Source: an uncultured Verrucomicrobiae bacterium (GTDB lineage: Bacteria; Verrucomicrobiota; Verrucomicrobiia; Chthoniobacterales; UBA10450). From it: a stretch of 64,000 nucleotides of DNA. Below, in pieces: positions 38,795 through 45,963 of the stretch. The notes beneath the pieces were generated by a model. The model saw only the letters and a program-made list of their open reading frames with translations, was not told where the DNA came from and made no database searches. The position numbers were made by a program, and so were the translations under genes. The stretch lies in the NCBI GenBank assembly GCA_963788065.1, contig CAWBFF010000008.1:1030784-1094783 (forward strand), given 5' to 3'. Position 1 is the stretch's first letter, and each line of letters opens with the position of its first letter.

Positions 38795-39940
38795 ATGTCG
38801 ATCGATCGCGCGGCGCTCTCCGCTCGCCTCACTCCGCTCTTCGAGGAGAACTTTAGTCGGCTCGGAGAACTCGGCGCCGCGGTTTCCATCTGGGAGAACG
38901 GCAAGCCGCTTCTGGATCTGCACGGCGGCTTTCGCGATTCCCACCGCGAACAGCCGTGGCTGGAAAGCACGCTCGTTCTCTTTTGGTCGGCTACAAAAGG
39001 GCTCGGGAGCGCCTGTCTTCTGCACGTCTTGCAGGAGCGCGCGATCGAGCTCGACCGTCCGGTGGCCGAGTTTTGGCCAGAGTTCGCTCAGGCGGGCAAG
39101 AGCGAGATCACCCTCGCGCAATTGCTTTCGCATCAAGCCGGCCTCGCTGCGCTCGATGGAAGAGTAGACGTGCTCGACTACGCGGCGGTGAGCGCGGCGC
39201 TCGCCCGGCAGGCGCCGCTTTGGCCGCCGGGAACGGCGCATGGCTACCATGCCCGCACCTTTGGCTTTCTGCTCGATGAACTCGTTAGGCGAATCGCGGG
39301 CCGCACCCTTGCCGAATATTGGCGGGTGACGTTCGCGGAACCGCTCGGGTTGGAAATCTGGATCGGTTTGCCGGCGGAGGAGAACGCCCGCACGGCCACC
39401 ATCTATGCCGCGAAAGCCGGCCGCCCGCCCGCGCCGGCGGAATTCTACCGCGACCTCGCCACGCCCGGCACCCTCGCGCGCCAGACGTTCACTTCGCCGG
39501 CCGGTCTGCATTCCATCAGCGGGATGAACGCGCCGGAAGTGCGCGCGCGTCCTTTTGTGTCCTTCGGCGGCATCGGCAGCGCCCAGTCGCTCGCGAAGTT
39601 TTACGCCATGCTCGCGGGCGGCGGTGAGATGGATGGCCGGCGTTATTTTCACGCCGCCACTATCCGGCAAATGACCACGACGCTGACGTCCGGCGTCGAT
39701 CGCGTTTTTCAAATTCCCACCGCCTTCTCCGCTGGCTTCATGCAGGATCCGCCGCAGACCACGCGCCGCATCTTCGGTCCGTCTCCGCGCGCGTTTGGAC
39801 ATCCCGGTGCGGGCGGGAGTCATGCGTTTGCCGATCCGGAGAGCGGGCTGGCTTTCGCCTACGTCATGAATCAAATGGAGCAATCGCTCCTCCCGAACGA
39901 GAAATCCCTGCGCCTGGTGGATGCGCTCTACGCCTCCTAG
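38795..39940 (+). CDS. serine hydrolase (class C beta-lactamase / esterase family)
   Basis: SxxK motif in LFWSATKG, a Tyr motif (GYHARTFG), and C-terminal HPGAGGS. ATG 38795 lies 5 nt after the ABC gene stop. Confidence 0.85.
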   Translation: MSIDRAALSARLTPLFEENFSRLGELGAAVSIWENGKPLLDLHGGFRDSHREQPWLESTLVLFWSATKGLGSACLLHVLQERAIELDRPVAEFWPEFAQAGKSEITLAQLLSHQAGLAALDGRVDVLDYAAVSAALARQAPLWPPGTAHGYHARTFGFLLDELVRRIAGRTLAEYWRVTFAEPLGLEIWIGLPAEENARTATIYAAKAGRPPAPAEFYRDLATPGTLARQTFTSPAGLHSISGMNAPEVRARPFVSFGGIGSAQSLAKFYAMLAGGGEMDGRRYFHAATIRQMTTTLTSGVDRVFQIPTAFSAGFMQDPPQTTRRIFGPSPRAFGHPGAGGSHAFADPESGLAFAYVMNQMEQSLLPNEKSLRLVDALYAS

Positions 39941-40017
39941 CGACGGCCGGGCCGGGAATAAATTCGCCGACGCAGCTTGGGGCTTGTGTTGATACCGCCT
40001 TCTTCTAGCATGCGCCG

Positions 40018-40236
40018 ATGTTCAAAGTGAGATTTTTCGGATTGATCGCGAGTTTGGGTTTGGTCGGGTTTGTTTTGACTGCATGCGAAGTCCCGCCCAC
40101 GCCGCCGCCCGTCGCTCGCACCCAGTCCGCTGCGGCAGTGCGCCCCGCCAATGCCGCTGTGCCACCGCCCGCGCCGGCTAAGCGAGCGGCGTGGCCGAGT
40201 TCGGCTGCGCCGCAAACGGGCACGCACATGCGTTGA
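40018..40236 (+). CDS. possible small lipoprotein (72 aa, Pro/Ala-rich)
   Basis: Signal peptide with lipobox (MFKVRFFGLIASLGLVGFVLTAC), then a Pro/Ala-rich tail. There are no homologs I can name, and it could be spurious. Confidence 0.3.
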   Translation: MFKVRFFGLIASLGLVGFVLTACEVPPTPPPVARTQSAAAVRPANAAVPPPAPAKRAAWPSSAAPQTGTHMR

Positions 40237-40258
40237 ACTTTGCCGTAGCGGCTTTTCG

Positions 40259-40678
40259 ATGCGCGCGCACTCCGGGCAATTCACCATCCGCACGCGCGGC
40301 AAAGGGACTTACGAGATCACCGCGGAGGTGCAAGCCGTCGTGCAGAAATCCGGCGTGCGCATCGGGACGGCGACCGTCTTCCTCCAGCACACCAGCGCGA
40401 GCCTGATTATTTTTGAAAATGCCGACCGCTCGGCGCGGGTCGATCTCGAAGCGTACTTCGAACGCCTGGTGCCCGAAGACATCGATTACTTCACCCACAC
40501 CTCCGAAGGGCCGGACGATTCGACTTCGCACATCCGCATGGTGCTCACGCGCTCCAGCGAGGTGATTCCGATCGACGACGGCCGACTCCAACTCGGCACA
40601 TGGCAAGGCATCTTCCTCTTCGAGCACCGGCGCGCCGCGCATAGCCGCCGCGTGGTCGTCACCGTCCTCGGCGAATAG
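40259..40678 (+). CDS. YjbQ/UPF0047-family protein (secondary thiamine-phosphate synthase enzyme family)
   Basis: From ATG 40259: MRAHSGQFTIRTRGKGTYEIT...FLQHTSASLIIFENADRSARVDLE...PDDSTSHIRMVL...LQLGTWQGIFLFEHR. This is the typical YjbQ pattern. Confidence 0.85.
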   Translation: MRAHSGQFTIRTRGKGTYEITAEVQAVVQKSGVRIGTATVFLQHTSASLIIFENADRSARVDLEAYFERLVPEDIDYFTHTSEGPDDSTSHIRMVLTRSSEVIPIDDGRLQLGTWQGIFLFEHRRAAHSRRVVVTVLGE

Positions 40679-40691
40679 CAGCGCGCGTCTG

Positions 40692-42029
40692 CTATTTTTT
40701 CATCAAGTCCAGCACCACCGCCGTCATCCCGATCACGCCCGAGCGAATCGTCGGCTCGGGCAGCGGCGCGAACTTACTCGAGTGCAAGCTCGGTAGGCTG
40801 GTGCCGTTCTTCTTGCTCTCGGCCATCTTCGCAGGATCGACTGCCCCCACCGTGAACATGCAGCTCGGGACCGAACCATCTTCCAAGGTGTAGAGGCTGA
40901 AATCCTCACCACCCATCGTCGGATCCGTCTTCTCAAATTTGTCGTTGCCCAGCGCTTGCTTCAGCACATTCGCCACGCGTTTTGAGAGTTCCGGTTCGTT
41001 GTAAGTGGACGGCGTGAACTCGTCGTTCCGCACCGTCACTACCGGCATGCGATCCTCCGGCATGCCCGCGGCTGCGGCCATGCCCTTCGCGATCCGTTCA
41101 ATCGACGCCAGCACCTGGGCGCGCGTCTCTTTTTTATAACTGCGCACCGTCAACTGCAGCTTCACTTCATCTGGGATGATGTTGTGTTTCGTCCCGCCGT
41201 GAATCGAGCCCACGGTCACGACCGCGGCATCGATCGGCTCCACTTCGCGGCTCACGATCGTCTGCCAACCCTGGATGATTTCCGCCGCGAGGACGATTGG
41301 GTCTTTTGTCTTGTGCGGGTAGGCGCCGTGGCCGCCTGCGCCTTTTACGGTCACGTCCACCGAGTCCACATTGGCGTAGATGAAACCATCCGTTAGGCCG
41401 ACTTTGCCCGCTTCCATCTGCGCGCTGTCATGCAAACCGACCGCGAAGTCCGGCTTGGGAAATTTCGTGTAGAGGCCATCGGCGATGAGCGCCTTGGCCC
41501 CGGAGCCGGTCTCCTCTGCGGGCTGACCCACGAGAAGCACGGTGCCTTTCCAACGATCCTTTAGCTTGGCCAGATTCCGCGCCACGCCGATGAAAGTGGA
41601 CATATGGATGTCGTGCCCGCAGGCCTGCATCGTCGGCACATCCTTGCCCTCGTCGTTCTTCTGCGTGTCCTTGCTCGCGTAGGGCACGCCGGTTTCCTCA
41701 AGCACCGGCAGGCCGTCCAAATCGGTCCGCACCAAGACCGTGGGGCCCGCGCCATTCTTCATCACGCCGATCACACCGAAAGGAGTCGCGCCCGGCTTGT
41801 CGTATTTGCCGAACTTCTCCGTCACCTCAAAACCGGCGGCCTTCAGTTCCTTCGCCACCAAGGCCGAGGTCTTCTCCTCGTGCCCGGATAATTCCGGATG
41901 CGCATGCAGCTCTTTGTAGATCGTGAGCAGCGAGGGCAATTCGCTTTGCGTCAGACTCTCGGGCGTTTGTTGAGCGAATAGCGGAGACGCACCGAGCGCC
42001 GCGGAAAAAACAATGGCAGCTATCTTCAT
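40692..42029 (-). CDS. secreted M20D-family amidohydrolase (N-acyl-amino-acid amidohydrolase / hippuricase-like)
   Basis: Signal peptide MKIAAIVFSAALGASPLFAQ (ATG 42029). Motifs YKELHAHPELSGHE, MQACGHDIHM, LLVGQPAEE, and HSSKF near the C-terminus. Confidence 0.9.
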   Translation of the reverse strand: MKIAAIVFSAALGASPLFAQQTPESLTQSELPSLLTIYKELHAHPELSGHEEKTSALVAKELKAAGFEVTEKFGKYDKPGATPFGVIGVMKNGAGPTVLVRTDLDGLPVLEETGVPYASKDTQKNDEGKDVPTMQACGHDIHMSTFIGVARNLAKLKDRWKGTVLLVGQPAEETGSGAKALIADGLYTKFPKPDFAVGLHDSAQMEAGKVGLTDGFIYANVDSVDVTVKGAGGHGAYPHKTKDPIVLAAEIIQGWQTIVSREVEPIDAAVVTVGSIHGGTKHNIIPDEVKLQLTVRSYKKETRAQVLASIERIAKGMAAAAGMPEDRMPVVTVRNDEFTPSTYNEPELSKRVANVLKQALGNDKFEKTDPTMGGEDFSLYTLEDGSVPSCMFTVGAVDPAKMAESKKNGTSLPSLHSSKFAPLPEPTIRSGVIGMTAVVLDLMKK

Positions 42030-42109
42030 CACGCACCTATAATCGCCAATCGAGCGCGCCGCCATCAAATGCGCGCGACGACATCACGGGCAGGCTATAA
42101 TTCGGGTTC

Positions 42110-44314
42110 ATGGCATTCGCAGACAACCAGCTCCTTTTCGGCGCGGATCCGAGCGCGCGCATCGTCGCCGTTGAGTTGGGCGACACTGGAACGGTAAAGG
42201 TTTACCGGCGCGAAACTGACGGCACGACGCGATGCGAAACCGAAGAGTTTCGTCCTTTCGTTTGGGCCAACGCCGACGTGGCCGATCTGGGTCTGAGCGC
42301 GGCGGAGAAGCTGGCCGGCGATCTGCCCTATGGCTGGCTTGTGCGCACGACGAGTTGGAAGGAATTGATCGCGCTGCGCAACGGTCTCAAGCAAGCGGGC
42401 CGGAACTTTTTCGCGCTCAGCGATCCGGTGCAGCATTATCTCACGCACAGCGGGCGCACGCTCTTCAAGCAACTGCCGTTTGAAGAATTGAAGCGAATGC
42501 AGATCGAGGTGCTCTCCTTTGCCGGAGGCGAACTGGAGGTGTCGCCCGACGATCATCTGACCAGCATCGCGCTTTCCGATAACACCGGGTGGGAAGAATT
42601 GCTTCTGATCGATCCGGAAAACATCGCGGAATCGGAGCATGCCGCGATCAAGCGCCTAACGAGTTTGATCAAGGAGCGCGACCCCGACGTGATCGAAGGG
42701 CATAATCTCTTCAAGTTCGACCTGCCCTTTCTGGTCGCGCGCGCGCGGAAGGCGAAGACGAAGCTGGATTGGGGACGGAGCGGAGGCTTTCTTCGCTCGC
42801 GGCCCTCGCGTCTGCAGATCGCGGAGAAGACGATCGATTACCCGAAGTTCGCGATCGAGGGGCGGCACTTCGTCGATACGTTCCTGCTCGCGCAATTTTA
42901 CGACGTTGGAATGCGCTCGCTCGCCGGGTTCGAGCGGAGTGACGTGGCGCAGCATTTCGGCCTAACGAGCGCAGCCGAGATTTCGCAGTTGGGCGGGAAG
43001 GAACTGCAGCGCGCCTGGCAGGAGTCGCCCGAGCGTTATCGCGAAAGGGCCTTGTGCGCGGTGCGGGAGACGCGGGCGGTGGCCGATCTGCTCAGCCCGA
43101 GCTACTTCATCCAGGCGCAGATTTTTCCCTACAATTATCAGGACGTAATCGTGCGCGGCAACGCCACCCGGATCAACGCCCTCTTCTTGCGCGAATATTT
43201 TCGGCAGCGCCACAGCATCCCGGAAATGCCGGCGGTGCGCGGCTTCGAGGGCGGATATACCGACATCTTCTTCACCGGTGTGGCGCGGAACGTCTGGCAT
43301 TGCGACATCGCTTCGCTCTACCCGTCGATCATGCTCCAGTTCGATTGCTTCCCGGTGAACGATCAACTGCAGATCTTTCGCCATCTTCTGACTGATCTGC
43401 GCACTTTCCGACTCCAGGCAAAGTCCGACATGCGGGAGGCGAAGGACGCGGCCGCGCGCCGCTATTTCCATGCGCTGCAAAACACCTTCAAGATTTTGAT
43501 TAACAGCTTCTACGGCTACCTCGGTTTTGCGCAGGGAAGCTTTGCCGATTTCGAAGCCGCGGCCCGGGTCACTCAGATCGGGCGCGACCTGCTGAAGAAG
43601 ATGATCGAGTGGCTGCAAGCGCAGGGCGCGCAAGTCATCGAGGTGGACACGGACGGCATTTACTTTGTGCCGCCGGCTGGAGCGGAGGCGGAACAGTTGC
43701 GGAGCGAGCTGGCCAAGGAATTGCCGCCTGGGATCGAGGTCGAATTCGATGAGCAATTCGACGCCATGTTCAGCTACAAGGCGAAGAACTATGCCCTGCT
43801 CGACAAGGAGGGCGGGGTCACGCTGAAAGGCGGCGCCCTCAAGTCGCGCGGGCTGGAGAAATTCCAGCGCGTTTTTCTTGAAGAGATGATCCGGCTCCTG
43901 ATGCAGGAGAAACCCGAAGCCATCCCGCCGTTGCGCGATGATTTCGAGCGCCGCATGCGCGCAGGCGAAATGCCGATCGAGATGCTAATGAAGACGGACA
44001 CCCTGCAGGATTCGCTCGATAAATACCGGGCCAAGATCGCGGGTGGCGGACGGAACCGCGCTGCCGCCTACGAACTGGCGCTCGCGAGCGGCCGCAATTA
44101 CAAGCCCGGCGATCAGATCAGCTACTACGTGAAGGCGACGCCGAAAAAAGTCGCGGCCTACGAAGCCGCCAAATTAGTGAGCGAATTTGATCCGCAAGCG
44201 CGGGACGAGAATGTCGATTACTACGTCGCGAAGCTCGATGAGCTGATGAAGAAATTCGCCAATGTGATCACGTCTAAGACCGGCTCGGCCAAGCAGGCCA
44301 GCCTCGACTTCTAA
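42110..44314 (+). CDS. polB: family B DNA polymerase (Pol II-like) with degenerate exonuclease motif I
   Basis: Exo II is DPDVIEGHNLFKFDLPFL. Polymerase motif A is CDIASLYPSIM, motif B is KILINSFYGYLG, motif C is IEVDTDGIYF, and a KxY-like KAKNYAL is present. At the Exo I position the sequence reads MQIEVL instead of xDIEx. Confidence 0.9.
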   Translation: MAFADNQLLFGADPSARIVAVELGDTGTVKVYRRETDGTTRCETEEFRPFVWANADVADLGLSAAEKLAGDLPYGWLVRTTSWKELIALRNGLKQAGRNFFALSDPVQHYLTHSGRTLFKQLPFEELKRMQIEVLSFAGGELEVSPDDHLTSIALSDNTGWEELLLIDPENIAESEHAAIKRLTSLIKERDPDVIEGHNLFKFDLPFLVARARKAKTKLDWGRSGGFLRSRPSRLQIAEKTIDYPKFAIEGRHFVDTFLLAQFYDVGMRSLAGFERSDVAQHFGLTSAAEISQLGGKELQRAWQESPERYRERALCAVRETRAVADLLSPSYFIQAQIFPYNYQDVIVRGNATRINALFLREYFRQRHSIPEMPAVRGFEGGYTDIFFTGVARNVWHCDIASLYPSIMLQFDCFPVNDQLQIFRHLLTDLRTFRLQAKSDMREAKDAAARRYFHALQNTFKILINSFYGYLGFAQGSFADFEAAARVTQIGRDLLKKMIEWLQAQGAQVIEVDTDGIYFVPPAGAEAEQLRSELAKELPPGIEVEFDEQFDAMFSYKAKNYALLDKEGGVTLKGGALKSRGLEKFQRVFLEEMIRLLMQEKPEAIPPLRDDFERRMRAGEMPIEMLMKTDTLQDSLDKYRAKIAGGGRNRAAAYELALASGRNYKPGDQISYYVKATPKKVAAYEAAKLVSEFDPQARDENVDYYVAKLDELMKKFANVITSKTGSAKQASLDF

Positions 44315-44319
44315 CCGTC

Positions 44320-45591
44320 ATGTTTGAGGATCCCGCGCAGTTTCCTTTCGCCGCAGAGTTGGAGCGAAACTGGGAGATCATTCGCGATGAAATGATCGCG
44401 CTGCGTTCTACCGGCTTTATTGCCTGGCCGGAGAAATCGCTCTACGGCGGCGACGGTTGGAGCACGTTTGGCCTTTACGCCTTCGGACAAAAGCAGGCGG
44501 CAAATTGCGCGCTTTGCCCGCGGACGACAGCTCTGGTGGAAGCGATCCCGGGACTGGCGATGGCGGGCTTTTCCCGACTCACGCCCGGCGCGCACATTAA
44601 GCCGCATGTCGGCTACGACGAATACTCGCGCTACGTCCTCCGTCTGCATCTCGGCCTGGAGACGAACGCGGACTGCGCGCTGCGCGTGGCTGACGAGACG
44701 CGTTCCTGGAGCGAAGGGAAGACGCTGATTTTTTGCGACGCGGTCGAGCATGAAGCGTGGAATCGCGGCACGACCACGCGCACGGTGCTGCTGCTCGATT
44801 TCAAAAATCCGCGCTACCGCTTTCGCCTGCTTAATCCGGCGTTGAGCGTCGAGTTCGTGGACTTCGTCGAAAAAGTGCGCTGGCCCGAGATGAGTTTCGG
44901 CGAACGCACCAAATGGCGGCTCTGGAAACTCGCGCATCTCGGTCGCAAACCGCCGCCCGCCGGGAAATCAGCGCATCTAAGCGCCGTCGTAAATCCGCGC
45001 GAGTCGTTCGCGGGTGAGGCCGAGGATGGGATCGAAGCGGCTGAGTTTCATCCCTTCCAGATTGGTGGTGTAATCGGCCAGGTTCCTCAGCAGCAACGCA
45101 TCCTCCTCTACGGTTTGCCAGGTGCGGCGGCGCATGAAACTGCCGAGATGCGGCCCCAGATGCCGAAGCACGGGCCAGTGCATTTTCAGGAAACCGAAGG
45201 TCGCCATCCGCGTGGTCGTTTCATCCTCGGGCACGAAATAGTGGATGACGTGATACTTGAACATCCGCTCGCGACCGGTCTGCGGATCGCTCCACCAATG
45301 CGTGACGACGGAACGCGGCGGATCGAAGTGGAAGGTGTAATCCGCGTGAAAATGATCGCCGCGCCGAACGCCTGCGCCGAGCCGGGTCCCGAGCGGCGGG
45401 CGTTTCGCTGGGCCATGGCCGCGGACGGTGACGAAGTCGTCCGTGGTCTCCAGCTCGATCGTGGCCTCGCTGGCGCGGGCGGGCTCGAAGCCGAAATGTG
45501 GGTGCGTCGTGACGGTGTGTTCGATCTCACTGAAGTTATCGATCACCAGTTGCAGCGGGGCGGAGAGGCGATTGAAGACCACGCCGAATGA
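44320..45591 (+). CDS. aspartyl/asparaginyl beta-hydroxylase (AspH/LpxO) family 2OG-Fe(II) oxygenase; only the first ~220 codons look genuine
   Basis: ATG 44320 lies 5 nt after the polB stop. Family pattern: WPEKSLYGGDGWSTFGLY, RLTPGAHIKPHVGYDEYSRYVLRLHLGL, WSEGKTLIFCDAVEHEAWN. The frame then stays open for ~610 nt antisense to the Rieske gene, with junk-like composition, so the true 3' end is uncertain. Confidence 0.6.
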   Translation: MFEDPAQFPFAAELERNWEIIRDEMIALRSTGFIAWPEKSLYGGDGWSTFGLYAFGQKQAANCALCPRTTALVEAIPGLAMAGFSRLTPGAHIKPHVGYDEYSRYVLRLHLGLETNADCALRVADETRSWSEGKTLIFCDAVEHEAWNRGTTTRTVLLLDFKNPRYRFRLLNPALSVEFVDFVEKVRWPEMSFGERTKWRLWKLAHLGRKPPPAGKSAHLSAVVNPRESFAGEAEDGIEAAEFHPFQIGGVIGQVPQQQRILLYGLPGAAAHETAEMRPQMPKHGPVHFQETEGRHPRGRFILGHEIVDDVILEHPLATGLRIAPPMRDDGTRRIEVEGVIRVKMIAAPNACAEPGPERRAFRWAMAADGDEVVRGLQLDRGLAGAGGLEAEMWVRRDGVFDLTEVIDHQLQRGGEAIEDHAE

Positions 45592-45963
45592 ATCCCAACC
45601 ATCCTTCACAAGTGTGGGGAGCGGCTGCTGGCTGCCGCGCGCGCGGACCCAGACGACTCCGCCCGCCTCGGCGCAATCGTAGCTCGTCGCGCAAGCGTGC
45701 ATCTTCGGCGCACTCGGACTCTCGCCTTCGCCGGTGCGGGCAAACGACCAACCGTGATACGGACAAATCACGCGCCCATCTTTCACGCGACCGGTGCTGA
45801 GTTTCATCCGCCGATGCGCGCATTTGTCCTCGAGCGCACCGAACTGGCCGTCGCCAGTGCGAAACAGCGCGAGGTGCTTGCCGTCGAGACTGACGCCGAC
45901 GGGGCGATCCCGCGGCAGGTCCCGACTGGCCATGATCGGATGCCAGAAATCGAGCCGGCTCAT
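44977..45963 (-). CDS. Rieske [2Fe-2S] non-heme iron oxygenase
   Basis: Rieske motif CAHRRMKLSTGRV...CPYHGWSF and mononuclear iron motif DNFSEIEHTVTTHPH. The start ATG (45963-45961) overlaps the PKS stop TGA (45962-45960) as ATGA. Confidence 0.9.
   Translation of the reverse strand: MSRLDFWHPIMASRDLPRDRPVGVSLDGKHLALFRTGDGQFGALEDKCAHRRMKLSTGRVKDGRVICPYHGWSFARTGEGESPSAPKMHACATSYDCAEAGGVVWVRARGSQQPLPTLVKDGWDSFGVVFNRLSAPLQLVIDNFSEIEHTVTTHPHFGFEPARASEATIELETTDDFVTVRGHGPAKRPPLGTRLGAGVRRGDHFHADYTFHFDPPRSVVTHWWSDPQTGRERMFKYHVIHYFVPEDETTTRMATFGFLKMHWPVLRHLGPHLGSFMRRRTWQTVEEDALLLRNLADYTTNLEGMKLSRFDPILGLTRERLARIYDGA

Noticed and set aside
38618-39883. 421-aa minus-strand ORF opposite the serine hydrolase gene
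   Set aside because: The plus-strand frame has the SxxK / Tyr / GxG serine-hydrolase motifs. The minus-strand frame is Arg-rich junk.
42110-44314. PolB as marker of a self-replicating mobile element (pipolin, casposon, polinton-like)
   Set aside because: There is no integrase/recombinase, Cas1, terminal inverted or direct repeats, tRNA target or phage-like genes within 10 kb. The flanks are ordinary metabolic genes, and GC content and codon usage look native.
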